Positions 14,221 to 28,400 of a DNA stretch of 64,000 nucleotides are shown here, one piece after another (the stretch's first letter is position 1; each line of letters begins with the position of its first letter). Where the stretch lies: NCBI GenBank assembly GCA_003344405.1, contig NOWV01000032.1, positions 372,001 to 436,000 of the forward strand, in the 5' to 3' direction. The notes beneath the pieces are model-generated. The model made no database searches. It was given only the letters and a program-made list of their open reading frames with translations, and was not told the DNA's origin. The stretch is from Trichoplax sp. H2. Lineage: Eukaryota. The translations under genes were made by a program, and so were the position numbers.

Positions 14221-14300
14221 TACAGTACTGTACTGTACAATGTACAGTACATACCGTACAGTACAGTACAGTACAAGTTTACACTGTACACTGTACAGTG
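14221..14300. repeat. (GTACW)n array about 0.5 kb upstream of ERI2
   Basis: tacagtactgtactgtacaatgtacagtac..gtacagtacagtacagtac..actgtacactgtacagt. Confidence 0.85.
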
Positions 14301-15192
14301 ATTTGAAATTTTGAGACCATTTCTAGGTAATCTGAAATATCGAATGAAAATCGGGTGTACAGTAGACTCTACTGTACACTACAAGTGCAGCACAGCATTT
14401 TAAAGCTGCACAATACTGTATAAGTTCTGTGAATCAGTTAGATGATAACAAAGGCAAATCAACTGTAATATTGAAGTCTCGAATATTTATTATTAACTGA
14501 AATTAAGTTACTGTACGGCAGTATACGCTTCTAAATAACACAAACTAAGTCGAATGTCCTCTGGCTACAGAGAGTTAGAACTTGAAGTGAATTTCAAACG
14601 CACATTTAAGTAACTTATTGTACTGTATATCGGTACTACAGTACGTTGGTTGCAGTAGAAGTTTCTACTTAATAGCAATGACTATTGCCAGTTTGCTAGC
14701 AAAGCTTAAAAATTAATAGGAATTCTTTCGAACGAAAGCCAATAGACTACAAAGTCGAATTTAGTTTAGGGATAATTTTATTAACGGTAAATAACAGACC
14801 TTTGTACGGTATGTACACATAAAAACTCCAAAGGATTACAATTTTGAGCAATTTTCTTTATAATATCTATCAATTAGAAATTTCAAATGGAAGGATATTG
14901 CACAATTAACCAATAGATAAAAATACTTCGGTTACCTCTAACCAAGGTTTTCACGATTTATGAACGCCTTCACAAAGCACTTGAGCATTCGTATAAACCC
15001 TACCTATTTATTCTTTCTAATATTGTGTATTAGGCAAGCCGTGTAAATTGATCCTCGTAAAGACTGGTCAATTAATAAGTGAATTTGTTTTAGATTTATT
15101 ATAATATAAGCTCTTGTAAGCCAGGTAAACAAGACTTATTCCCCGGTAACGAGAACTCGTTATTCTTAATAACAGCAAGTTTTTACTTTTAA

Positions 15193-18100
15193 TTAATCAA
15201 TTGCCACGACATTGCTTCTAAATTCAGTTTTATAATCTTTAATGAAAGAGCTCCACTCTGAGTCTTCACAGTTAGTTATCCCAGTACCGGCAATCAACTT
15301 TAATGAAGCATTGTTTACGTCCCGATCCTTGACTCCAACACAAAATTTATACGTTTCCCAAGATTCTGAAACTAAGGAGTCGATCCACTTCTTGTTAGAA
15401 TAAATATTATCGTAATTTAAACGATTACTTGTGTACATAACGTTTGAATTAGCTTCACCCAATCTAGGTAATTCGGCTAAATAGTCATTTCCGAGGGCTG
15501 ATGAAGTCTGCAGGCCTCGAATTGGTCTACTGTCTACAGGGAACAAAATGAACTGTAGCTCTGAAAAGATGATATTATTGATGCTTAAATAAACTTTCCA
15601 TCTTCCAGGGATGACTGGTTTCAAAATTTCTGCCTTGAAATAAGAAAATCTCCAATTGGATTCGATAGCCAAGAATCTATGATCAGCTATTTCACCGTCA
15701 GGTTTAACCCACGTTAGATTACAATGAAATTTAGGACCCAGTCTCCATCTTTGAAAAACAGTTAGCTCATCGTTTGCTGACAATATACCATAGTTGCGAA
15801 AGATTTGCTCTTTTTTATCTAAATTACTACCAACCTTTGGAAAGAGAATACAGTGCATAGAAAGTAAATTTTTCATACGTGCAATTCATATCACTGAAGA
15901 ATACGAAATGTGGCAGCTGATGCTAGCAACGATGAGTTTTACCTGCATATCATACAGACGCTCTGCGCCTTTACTTAAGGGCATAGCCCACGCTAGTTGC
16001 CTTTTTTTCATCCATACTTCTAGAATTAAATTTGTAGAAATTAAGAAAGAGACTAGCATCCCGGCAAAAGTATCGTTCTGATTAATTAGGACAAGTTCCG
16101 CAAATTCCAGTGATCGATCAATTTTCTTTTTCAATAAAGACGTCATATTACTTCTTGCTAAGCGCATGCAAGATTCAATGTAAAATTTATAACGGCTACA
16201 TTTTCCAGCAATAAATTCGCTAGCGTGGCATAAATTTTGCCAATAATGGTATCGGTTTGGTTGCCTGAGCTTCTTACCAAGTAAAAGTTCGTCAATCATG
16301 TTCAAGATCTCTTGATTTACCAGTGGTTCAAATTTTCTAGCGAAAAATACTGCCTTCGACGTATCTATTCTTGATATATCGCTGCGTCTATAATTACTTG
16401 GTGAGCATCCGCACCAATCAACAATTTTCCGATATTGACAATGACACGATAGATTAGTCTTCCAATTGATCAATCGAAGGTTATCATAAACTATTGTGCC
16501 ACAGAATTCACTATTTCGGAGAACAACGTGAAAGAATGACTCCGCTGGGAGAAGAGCATATTTATAAAATAGAATTATGTCGTTAATAAATGGATCACTG
16601 GAAGTTACTAGGTAACTACAAAACTGGTAGGATAAAATAATCCAATCACTTCCACCATAAAAATGCAAATGGGAGGGAATGCTCCTCTTACCAATTCGCC
16701 ACATACGATTATCACATTCGTAGAATAGGAAATTTAAACCTTGACGTTTGACGAACTCAGCAGTGGAAATCGACATACTGGAAATGAAGTTTTTTCCTTT
16801 TCGAAGAGACAGGTATGCGGTAAACTGATCAATTTTTTTTATTGGATAATCAGAACCGCTCAAGTTAACATAAAAATCCCATTTCCATTCCGAGAATCGT
16901 TCTAATAATAAAACGTCTTTCATACAACGTAGTAAAACATCAAGGAAGCTTGAACTACCCCACATTGGCTCAAGATTCCAAGATGTTACAGCTATGTTTC
17001 TCTCTTTTCGCGTATCAATAAAATCCCTTATTTTGTTGCACAGGTATTCACTCCTCTAAAAACGAAGGAAAGAATGAAGCTTTAAAAAAATAGGAATATG
17101 TATAAATTACTTGTTATTTGTGCATTTCATAACTTCAATCCAGTAATTTAGTTATTTAATTATTTTTATATACAGGTATGCTTACAATAATACTGTTATG
17201 GTTGTAACGCACATTAGCCTCATAATATCAACAAATGCAACCATATTTGATGCTTTAAATCGTGACTGACAATAGTTAATGGATAATAAAGGTTAAGGTG
17301 CTTAACTAGCATTTTCTTTTAGTAGTCTCTGGCATGAATAAGGTAACGTCTAGTAAAGTCACTAATCTCATTTAGTAGTAGTACAAAAAGTAAGTATTCG
17401 TATGTTCTAATAATAATAACTGTGATGGCAAAACACATTGCTGTACACGGTTATCATACCTTCTCATCTGAGTTGTTATGCTACGATCAGATTAATTATT
17501 TCATTTTAATCACTTGATTAATTTAATTATTGCTACTGCAGCACAGCACTCCTCTTACCTTGTCAGTATGTATGTAGTAATAATGATTCTTGTTGTAGAT
17601 AGCGGTTAATAAACGCTTAAACTGTCGAAAATCACGTCCATGGACAATAATTATAAACAGGATTTTAGCCGGTGCATAATCCTAAAATAATCAAGCGTGA
17701 TTCAGTACAGGAGAATATTATAAGTTTTCTTTCATATTTCATAGAACCGCGAATAGCAGTAATAGCATTATCATGTGTTAAGAAGGTACAGAAAGTACGT
17801 AAATAAATTATTTTAACGAAAATATATCGCATCTGTAGGGGAATAATGATACTATAAGATACGAATGTATAACATTAAGTAGTCTAACTCAATTAAGAAA
17901 TTTTCTGTCACAAAAAGCACGATATAATTTCATGAAAGGTAGAAAATTGTATTAATTCATAATGAACGACATATTATTAAACGTTTTATAGCAGAATTAT
18001 TTTAAAAAACATCTTTTCGTTAATTTAAAATGTTTACGTAAAATCAAACATAAAATATAACAATACACTGTAAAAATAATTACGAGTAGTAAGGTACAAA

Positions 18101-18827
18101 AGTTAAGCCGTTTACTGGTACTGTACTGTACACTGTACAGCGATAGCTATAATATGACCTGATCAGTAGATGATTGTTCATCGCTAGATCTTGGATTACA
18201 AGGTTTAGAAGGCAAGGATACATTGTATAACATCCTGATTTTTGCTAAACACGCCGTCTGCAGTATGCCAATTTTACAATTCAAACTTCCAGCTCGTCTA
18301 TAGGCGCTTAATGTTAACTCGTCTTCAATGCGACAGACTGATCCATAGGAACTTTCAATTAAGATTTTACTTTTGGTAACCAAGCTTCCATTGCATCGAT
18401 TCTCAATAAGAATGCTATTATTATAAACTTGTACAATTTCGCACTCTAATTCCAGATCACGAATATCCATATTCTATCGATCAATTATAAGTACAGATAG
18501 ATACATCAGCATCTCAACAACAAATGTAGTATTGTCCTATGTCTAGGGCTGACATAATAATACAGCCACTGAAAACAGTCAACATTTTATGGCGAATATT
18601 GTTGTGTATTAAACATGAAGAATGAGTGAGTGTGAGTGCTGTCTCTTGTTTACCTCCTCGAACCCGATATTTGTGGTACGAACCTTTTCATGATCTTGAG
18701 ATCTCGGATTAGCGCAGTCGTCCAATGATGGAGAAAGATTATAAAAAAGAAATTGAAGGGATAAACTTGCCAATATTAAGCCAAAAAGTAACTTGCAACG
18801 GATTCGAGGCATGACGTAAAGTTGCAT
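15193..18827 (-). CDS. XYLT: Peptide O-xylosyltransferase (GT14, XYLT1/XYLT2/oxt family); exons ~18827-18654, 18473-18159, 17681-17559, 17055-15943, 15834-15193
   Basis: N-terminal type II TM segment. Motifs VHGRDFRQFKRLLTAIY..HYYYIHTDKRSEYL, WDFYVNLSGSDYPIK, GGSDW, LLPAESFFHVVLRNSEFC, CHCQYRKIVDWCGCSP and FFARKFE. C-terminal Xylo_C-like region ending WSSFIKDYKTE. Confidence 0.93.
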
Positions 18828-19078
18828 CTGAGATTCATAAATAAATTTAGGAACAAGTAGTACTGCTACATTTTTAATTAATTTTATTTTAATGTACAGT
18901 ACTACATCTTCAGTTTCTAATTTTGCCGTAGTTAAAAAGTGTTATAGGTGCATAATAATACTATTATTATATAAATTAATTGATTAGATTTGCTTAAAAG
19001 AATTAAAACTTGAATTTTTCCCAATTTTAAGTGCAGCACTCCCCTTTGAAATGCCGTTTTTCTACACTATCATACACA

Positions 19079-19280
19079 AGTACTGTACAGTGTACAGTAC
19101 TGTACAGATTTTGTATTTATTTATTTATTTTACTGTACTGTACACTGTACAGTAGTACTGTATAGTACTGTACTGTACGTACACACTACAGTACTGTACA
19201 GTACTGTACAGCACTAGCAGTTCTGGGCAGAGCGGCAAGCAATGATATTGTTAATAATAGTACTGTACTGTACAGTACAG
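19079..19280. repeat. (GTACW)n array in the XYLT/NARS2 divergent intergenic region
   Basis: gtactgtacagtgtacagtactgtacag..tactgtactgtacactgtacagtagtactg..cagtactgtacagtactgtacag. Confidence 0.88.
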
Positions 19281-19404
19281 CATTACTGAAGGCAGTACAA
19301 CTGATATACCGTATACTATAAGTGGTGTGGATATGTGAATTAATTTTTATTATTTCGATAGATGTTTTGAATCGTACTAGGCTTGAAAGAGATTTATTTT
19401 TGAC

Positions 19405-22365
19405 ATGAATCTTATACGGGCTCAATGTATTATATCTCCTTTTAATCGTTGTATGAACAATAAAACCGTTCTAATGTGGTATAAACATGTTCGTGCATAT
19501 GTAACATGTACTATTAAAGAGATCATGCTAGGAGAAATTGCTCGAAAACGAGAGAGGATTACGATTAAGGTTTGGTATTCGCATTAAATGCGTTGAATAC
19601 AATAAACATAAATAATTATATTACAGTTATTTCTGTTATGAAATTTTATTTGTATTTAAGATATACTGACTGTAGTGTGATTTCGAGGTATTTATCTCCA
19701 GGGACTTCTCTTCCTGTCATCTCCTGTACTTAAGCCCCTAACCATAACCTTGAATCTTACTTATTGTTAATATAATAAAATTACAATACTGTACTATGAT
19801 TCTTCCTACCGCTGCTAGGGATGGGTGCGATTATGTCGATCTCAAAAGAACGTAATTTTTTTAAATGTAAGTGATGGCTCTTGCGCGAGTAAGCTACAGG
19901 TGGTTCTTCCCGCTTCCGCTTGCACGAAGTAAGTTAGCCATATTTCGGGAATGTTAGTTTCTACTTTCTACTTTACATATTCCAATACCGTTTAAGAAAA
20001 TCCAAGGAATGGGTGAATAATGATGATAAATAATAGCTAAAGGATCGCTGCTTCTATTTCAATAGGCCGCCTACAATTGGAAGCTCTGTAGAAGCATGTG
20101 GAGAACTAGTGGAAAGTAGCCACAAGGGTCAACTTTACGAATTACAAGCCGATACAATTACTGTATTAGGAGATATGTTAGATTCTAACGTGAGTACTGT
20201 ATACTTTAGAACACGAGCTCTGACAAGCGGGTGACATAACATATTACAGTATTAGTAAATTTGGATCGCGAAATCACAGATATATCTGAATTTATGCTTT
20301 TACGATGCATACAGTTTCCGTTTGTTCCTGGAAGACGCTATAGCCTAGAGTACTTGAGAAAATTTCCACATTTACGAGCAAGAACTAATGTTTTCCAAGC
20401 ACTCTTGAGAATAAGAAGTCAAGCTTGCATGCAACTTCATAAATACTTTCAGGTCTAGTTATATTCAAATAATGTTGGATACGGTCAATTGTCAATGGTT
20501 TTTTATGGCTTTATCTTTTTGAGGCAATGCTTGTAGTATAAGTATAAACCCTAAAGAAAATAAATTTATGAGTGTAAACTTAATTGAATTAAGTAAGAAG
20601 GATCTGCTATATGCATACAGTAATAATAATGTTCGGTATTTCATTGTTTATATTTAGGATTACTATTATACATTTATTCACTCTCCAATTATAACTTCCA
20701 GTGACTGCGAAGGTGCCGGAGATTTGTTCACTGTCACAGTATGATCATATTATATTATATTCTACACCTTTTTTCTATCATTGTATTAATTGTATTTAGA
20801 TTCGCTATTCATAGATTATATTAATAACCTAATTTAGCCTAAAAATAAGGAAAACACTGACAGAACAGATGATCAGCGAATTAATGACTTTTTCAATAGT
20901 CCAAGCTTTTTAACAGTATCAGGGCAGCTTCATGCTGAAGCTCTTATGAGGTTTTACTTTACTCATAAATGGTATTGATCAGTAAAAGTAGAATTACAAT
21001 AGTATTGACCATTTTTGCTTTGTATTTCAGTTCACTATCACATGTATATACCTTTGGTCCGGCTTTCAGGGCTGAAAAATCTCATACACGCCACCACTTA
21101 GCAGAATTTTACATGATCGAAGCTGAATCTACTAGATTCGATAATATGGAAATACTAATCAGTGTGAGTGATCATATGCACCATACTATATATACTCATC
21201 CATACATATATATTCTTTTATGCTACTACGAAGTATCGTTTCTTATATCGGTAATAAAAATTTGTGCGCTACTTAGAGTACAGAACACTTCGTTAAAGAA
21301 ACTATAAAAAAGTTATTGGTGATATGCCAGGATGACCTAAGCTTATTTGATGGATTTGTTCCTCCAAATCATAAGGTTACATTAAAGATAATATATATTA
21401 AATAATACAGCATATCTTGATTTGGGAGACATCTCATTCGAGATTAACACAGACTTTTCATTGGTATATACTTCACAGTCATTGATACTTACTTTCATTT
21501 ATAGATAGCCTTGGATGACTTCCTAAATTTCTCATGTACCAGGTGAAGTTAATGCTCTTAGTAAATTCACGCAGGTATTTCCACCCATCTAATATGTTGT
21601 TATAATGTTTAGAATGACTTATAAGGACGCAATAAGTGCTTTGGAAGCCACCAGCAAAAAGTTTACCACATATCCTAAGGTGGATTAAATAGAATTTGTT
21701 ATGGCTTTGCTCTTTCAATTTTTTATGCTTATGTACATATTTCTATATATCTATTTAGTGGGGCGAAGAATTACAGAGTGATCATGAAAATTATTTGATT
21801 CAAATGAGCGGAAATAAAGGACTTTTTATAACAGATTTTCCTGCTAAATTAAGGCCTTTCTACTGTAGAAAAAATGATGATGACAAAACAGTTAGTGATT
21901 ATCGGTCCTAATTATTAGATCTAATTAACTTATTTAGATTAAGCTGTATTACCACGTTTATTTTAAATAAAGCTAAGTGACTGTACTGGGCTAAATTTAT
22001 ATTAGGTTGCAGCTTTTGACTTTTTAGTGCCTACTATTGGAGAACTAATAGGCGGAAGCCTTCGTGAAGAAAGATTTGATTTATTATTAAACAACATGAA
22101 AACCTTTAATATATCGCAGGAATCCTATTCCTGGTACAATGGATGTCATATTTACTAACCTAAGAGCTAGCCTTCCTTAATGAAGGTATTTATTTAATTA
22201 TATTTATAATTGGTCGCTAGGTATATTGACTTAAGAAGATATGGTACTATCCGTCACGGCGGCTTTGGAATGGGGTTTGAACGATTCCTACAGTTTATCT
22301 TAGGCCTTGCAAATATCCGCGATGTCATGCCATTTCCTAGATATTCTGGATCGTGTAAATTATAA
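19405..22365 (+). CDS. NARS2: Asparaginyl-tRNA synthetase, mitochondrial, multi-exon
   Basis: Exons encode [100 protein letters not shown] and [47 protein letters not shown]. Confidence 0.95.
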
Positions 22366-23105
22366 AAGAGCTAAATTACAGTTTACGTATGCATTTGCAA
22401 TAACTCATTTTGCGAAACCTAAATATTCATATTTAGTTTAAAATCTGAAAGCTGCTAGTATTTAAGACTATGCGTATTGTCCTAATGTCATAGTGAAGTT
22501 TGGAACGTCAACGGTAAATTGCACAATGAATTGATAGAAAGATCTACTATTAATGAATATAATTAACTTTTGGACCGGCAGATACATTGTTTACTCTTTT
22601 GATATGTACTACTGCATGTTTCAAAAAAGAAACACAGCTTTGTTGCATAACTTAAATTGCACATTTCTGTTTGCTGATGTATCTGAAACAAATTAAGTAG
22701 TGCGCGAGTAAACGTGAAGATTTACATATATGAAGATATACTCATATCTTTGCTATTGGTATGATGAATAATTAAGTTTTGACTTTTAAAATATCAATAG
22801 TACACTTGATCAACATCATCCAAAAAAGATTCTAAGTTTCTAGGATAAGGTTTAGTTTTTATTGAACCAATAAAATAACTGTATAATCATACTTGGGTTG
22901 AAATGTAGTGGCTAATAAGACCTTTGAAATAATTGCTGAATTGCACATGGACATGCATATTACAGGCAGTTATTTAAATACTATGGTACTAGCAGGAAAC
23001 TCATGTTTTTATGAAATGTAGAAAAGAGCAATATTTCAGATATGTCTTTTATATCAGAATATTATTAAAAATATTTAATTGTAAATTCATGAGCATGTGA
23101 TTAAT

Positions 23106-24217
23106 CTATGACTTTGGTTGCGGTCCAGGCATTGACGGTAGCACCCCCAACCCTTGAGTGCTCGGCCCATAACCAGAAGCGGCTGCATTCGGACCTAAGA
23201 GGATCTGTGATCAAAATAATGTAAATGCTTAATTCCAACAAAAACTTTTAGAGCTGGAGGAAAATTAAGCAAGAACCAAACAGTAAAGACGATTGTCTAA
23301 TTCACCTGTCTTTGTTGCTGTAGCTGCTGTTCTTCTACAGTAACACGTTCAATTTCTAACATTACGGGCAAAACAAGCATCATGAATGAAGTACTGGTAA
23401 TCCATATCGCTTTAGATGTGAACCATATTACATTTTTTCCACCTCGCATTGAAAATGTCGCTATTACACTAATAGAATTTTGTACAATTTCTGGAAACAT
23501 ATCAGTTAATCCCCACAATCGTTCACCGATAGTTTCTTCTATGAATTCATCCTCTTCCTTTAGGGATTTAATAAAAGAATTTCAGAAAGTAATAGAGCAC
23601 ATAATGTGTCAACAATATTGCGAGTGAATAGTCACGTTAATGTTAATAATATGTTAAAATAACAGACAGAATAGTTAGAATTATCGTATCGTCAAGGTAT
23701 CGTGCAATGATTTTATGAAGTTTCTACACAAATTTGAGTGTGAACAGTCTGTAAATTCAAGATCGTAAAATAGGCTACTCATGCAGAAAATACCTAGTAA
23801 ATTAAAGTAAGAAAGCGAAAATCAATAATTTGCAATTAATCATATACATCGAAATATACGGTGTTTCAACGCTAGATAAACTGCATGTGTATTTTAGAGA
23901 GATTTGACCTATCTACTATAGCACTATAAATCATCGCAACTCGTCGTTCTGCTGACTCTTGAACGACACGAGACAGCAAGGAATCTCGTAGGATTGAATA
24001 TTGTAATACGCGTAGCCTAATTAAAATCGATTTGCGTCATAACAGAATCGGTAAAGATGCAGAGTATTAACGAATTATATTAAATATTATACATGTGCTG
24101 TGCTTACTATTGTTTTATCCCTTATAATAAATAAACCGAACATGTAAATCTGCGCCTCACCTCAGTTATCGAGTGATTTTGATCATCGGTTTCTGATTCA
24201 CTAATAAAGCTCACCAT
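23106..24217 (-). CDS. TOMM22: Mitochondrial import receptor subunit TOM22; exons 24217-24161, ~23558-23306, ~23205-23106
   Basis: MVSFISESETDDQNHSITE|EEDEFIEETIGERLWGLTDMFPE...AIWITSTSFMMLVLPVMLEIER...QQQRQ|ILLGPNAAASG...QPKS*. The ERLWGLT.MFPE and QRQILLGP signatures are typical of TOM22. Exon 1 is repeated after the gap. Confidence 0.95.
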
Positions 24218-25354
24218 CTTGTCATTAGTCCTTACACCGAACGTGCTGCGATCAACTTGGGACGGTAGCTACGTACTTTGGAGTGCAGCTGTAATGTCAG
24301 CCCCGCGTTAAATGTACAGTACAGTACATATGTACAGTACAGTACATACAGTATGTACCGTACGTACTGTACAGTACAGTACAGTACAGTACAGTGTACT
24401 GTAGTGGCAAAAGACTAAAAGAACTGTACAGTACAGTACTGTACTGTACAAGTGCACATGGGCCACTACTGTAGAAGTGAGCAGAGACCATACTGTACTG
24501 TACTGTACTGTACTGTATGGAAAAGAAGAACTGTACTGTACAGTACCGCAGACTTTCCTGTATTGTACTGTACTGTACTGTACTGTACAGTACAATAAGT
24601 GTACAGTGCAGTACAGCACATCGTTATAACCACCTTCAATTGAAATACAACGTTAAGTCGGTGATACCATACTAAAGTACTAAAAGGAAGAAATTATTAA
24701 ATCGTAAATCATAAAAATACTGTTTCCTCTGTCCANNNNNNNNNNNNNNNNNNNNCCTCACCTCAGTTATCGAGTGATTTTGATCATCGGTTTCTGATTC
24801 ACTAATAAAGCTCACCATCTTGTCATTAGTCCTTACACCGAACGTGCTGCGATCAACTTGGGACGGTAGCTACGTACTTTGGAGTGCAGCTGTAATGTCA
24901 GCCCCGCGTTAAATGTACAGTACATATGTACAGTACATACAGTATAGTACAGTACAGTGTACTGTAGTGGCAAAAGACTAAAAGAACTGTACAGTACACA
25001 GTGTACTGTACAAGTGCACATGGGCCACTACTGTAGAAGTGAGCAGAGACCATACTGTACTGTACAGTGCTCAGTACAGTGTACAGAGGATCTCTAGTGT
25101 ACTGTACAGTATGGAAAAGAAGAACTGTACTGTACTGTACAGTGTACAGTACCGCAGACTTTCCTGTACTGTACTGTACTGTACTGCGACTTTACTGTAC
25201 ACTGTACAGTACAATAAGTGTACAGTACAGTACAGCACATCGTTCTAACCACCTTCAATTGAAATACAACGTTAAGTCGGTGATACCATACTAAAGTACT
25301 AAAAGGAAGAAATTATTAAATCGTAAATCATAAAAATACTGTTTCCTCTGTCCA
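24155..25354. repeat. Direct duplication of 24155-24735 as 24756-25354 flanking a 20-N assembly gap (24736-24755); probably uncollapsed haplotypes
   Basis: Both copies begin cctcacctcagttatcgag (TOMM22 exon 1) and end ..ctgtttcctctgtcca. Unique parts are nearly identical, while the pentamer arrays differ. Confidence 0.92.
24313..25236. repeat. (GTACW)n arrays in the TOMM22/NAA60 divergent region, present twice (24313-24617 and 24913-25236)
   Basis: Long (gtaca)n and (gtact)n runs separated by short unique spacers. Confidence 0.9.
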
Positions 25355-25489
25355 TGTCCAATCTCCATTTTACTCGCTACGTCTCCATACGTAGATGGAC
25401 AAATGAGTGCAACTGATTGAATAAGTGAAAATGCATGGACAATTGTTAAATAGCTATATTTATGTGTTGCGAAAGCATTTATTGATCTG

Positions 25490-28400
25490 ATGGAAGGCTT
25501 AAGTTTTCGGTCTCTGCGATCTGATGATTTCAATGAGGTTCAACATGTCTGTCGGTTGTTATTCCCTTTAAAGTAAGTTACGTCGTCGTGTATATTATAT
25601 ATAAGTTACCTTTAACATGATATTACAGTACCAGTACATAACCGAACCTTTTACTCTGCGGTTATTACCAAAACACTGCTGTGTATCCGTCATCGTTGTT
25701 GAATTTTACTGTTATGTATGGCACATGTTGCTATTGGTAGTCCCTGTTGCTAGTCTACTACATTATTGGTTTTGTTTGTTTATTGTGTATTTTTGGGTTT
25801 TCCTAATGTTCGTTTGCAACATTGCAAATGCAGTCTTGAAATTACGGTTCTGTACTTCACGCCTTCTACATACTGTACATTAACAGTATTAGCGTTTACT
25901 CACTCTATTGTATGCTAGACAAGCGAGGTGATGCCATGCAGCTAAAAGAAACTTAGAGGTTTAGTATTTCCTTTCAGCCTATATTTTATTCTCGCCGTCT
26001 GTACGCGGTATATCTAACTGATTCGGAGTCGGTTTTGATTATACTTATTCGAATTTTTAGTGCATTGTAATTTCTTATTTGCGGTTAGTAAATAAATGAA
26101 TGAATAGGCTTATGACAACTTTCTCGACTTTACTGGCCTACCTAAGTTGTGTTGAACATTTTTTTTGTCTACTCACAGTAATTAGTTAACCCATATTTGG
26201 CAATTTAAGTGCATTTGGCGTTCAGATCTACGTACGCGTATAAATGTGTACATTTACTGATGGCTCTAACAGCTATAGTTTGGGTTCATTTACTAACTTA
26301 AACACGAAAAATCACACACTTACTACTTATTTTTACCGTTTAGCTACTCTGATGAGTGGTATAGGGATATAACGTCATCGAGTAAGTACTACACAAGAGC
26401 AGGAATTGACAATTTATCCAGGATAATAGCTCTGATAATTGTCGAAATTAAATCCAAAAACGATTGTCAAAGAGAGGTATATAAAACGATATATCCTTTG
26501 TGTTCAATGTGCTGTGCAGTACAGCAGATATTCTACTGTATTTTGCTGCTTACAGACATACAACTAGTCACTAGGGATCATTTTCTACGTGTACATATAT
26601 AATATAATAATCCTATATTTCTTTAAAAAAATTTTGGTACATTTTTCGCCAGAGTTCTGCCAACTAAATACAGTCATACAGCACTGTATGTAGCATTGGC
26701 TCGATACGAGTATGAATAGTGAACAGTTTCAGAGCTGATCTGGTATCATGTCATTCATTGTATTACGCACGGATACCTGAATGTTGTGATAGGAAAAGAA
26801 ACTGTTTTATTATTTCGCTTTAACTATATTATTATACCATTTAGTTTTTACTAATCGATCTTGCATACCTAGTTATGCTTTATCTAACAATAAATAAATG
26901 AATTGTATTATTTATTCTCTCGGTATGCAAGCGTTTTAACCATCCGCTTACGCCCTAAAAGCTATTGTTTACAGTGATAAAATATTACGTTGTAGAACTT
27001 CGTATGGATTTACTTGCACAGTACTACCGTACTATCAAATTAGAAACGTAATGCGACCAAAGAAGATGTCGTCCATTGGAGCAGAAATTTTGTATATACA
27101 GTATTTTGTGTTAGGGCGATACTGCAACAAATTCTGGCTTATAAAGCTCATAAGGATATCAAACGTTTATAAATAGTGCAAAATGTACAATACAAGAAGC
27201 AGTTTGTATGAGGCTCAGCTGTATAGAATATTGCTATCCAGAGTTAATACCAGGAACCGTGTTGAAAGTTCCTACTATTCTTAATTAATAGGACTAATAC
27301 TGTACGTGTATATATAGTAATACATCATATTAGTACACAATCTAACAAATGTAGCCTAATATATAATATCATCTTACTGTAGTATGCTATGTATGCAATG
27401 TTAGCGTGAAAAAATTACTAGAGTATAAGTGAATTCTGATCAAAATATACGTACACTAGTACTGTACAATACGTAAATCTCATTATACTGCATAAAACGC
27501 AGCTAATCCTAGAACGAGGTGTTTCCATCAGCAACGTGGCAGGTATTTATCTACTTTCCCTGCTGTGTAATGATAATGCTAAAGTTGACGATTACGGCTG
27601 CAAGGTGCTTGCTATCGAAAATTGCTCGAAATAAGTATGCGATTATTTATGAACTTATGACTTTCTTCGATCTTAATACGCTTGCAGGACTATGGATTAC
27701 TTTATGACGATTTATCCGATCAAAACGTCGAATTAGCTTATGTACTAAGTTTAGGAGTAATTCCTGATTATCGCCGTTGTGGTATTGGTAAGTTAAACGG
27801 TTAAATCTTATAAATGCGTTACAATACGAAGCTATACTTCCTATTTTTAGGTGTAGCAAGTACATGGATTTAATAAAAAAAATTTTGATATCTCGCTTTT
27901 CATCGATTATGTGATTTTAGTTGTCCAATTGAATGGATAGTTTCTAGTAATTAATATTCACTAATAACTTTGCAGATAGTAATTTAAATGTTGGCGAGTT
28001 AGCATTGATGTAAGGAAGACCCGTTAGGGTAACGGGCGTTTTATAACCTCATATTACTAAGTGCAGGTTAATTTACAGTTGAATTTATTGATATCATTTA
28101 ATGATGTTCTATTCTGAATTCATATCATGTTTACTTCAGCATCATTTCTTCTAACGAGCCTCATCAGATTTTTAAAGCAAGAGAGACTAGACTGCAAAGC
28201 GGTTTACCTTCACGTTTTGACATCAAATATCCCAGCTATAAACTTCTATGAATATCACAAGTTTCAATTATTCAAATATTTACCACAATACTACTTAATT
28301 AGTAATCAATCCGCAGATGGGTACTGTTACGTCTGTTATATCAATGGTGGTAAAGGACCAATATTTATAAGAATTACATATCCTTTTAGGCATTTATTGA

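Noticed and set aside
24756..24818. Second TOMM22 exon 1 as an alternative first exon or paralogue
   Set aside because: It is an identical copy starting exactly at an assembly gap, which is typical of uncollapsed haplotypes.
24313..25236. CRISPR-like repeat/spacer appearance of the arrays
   Set aside because: Repeat lengths and spacers are irregular, the unit is a 5-mer, there are no cas genes and the context is eukaryotic.
24297..25294. ORFs rich in YSTVQ/YCTVL (also 19186-19425, 33044-33412, 46700-46885, 57585-58124)
   Set aside because: (TACAG)n and (TACTG)n have no stop codon in any frame, so these ORFs are translation artefacts of the arrays.
26491..26499. ATATCCTTT U12-like donor in NAA60 intron 2
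   Set aside because: The GT at 26477 already gives the expected phase-0 junction (QRE|DYG), and no matching U12 branch precedes the next exon.
27040..27160. Possible extra NAA60 exon
   Set aside because: No frame resembles NAA60, and the expected exon is found at 27688-27787.
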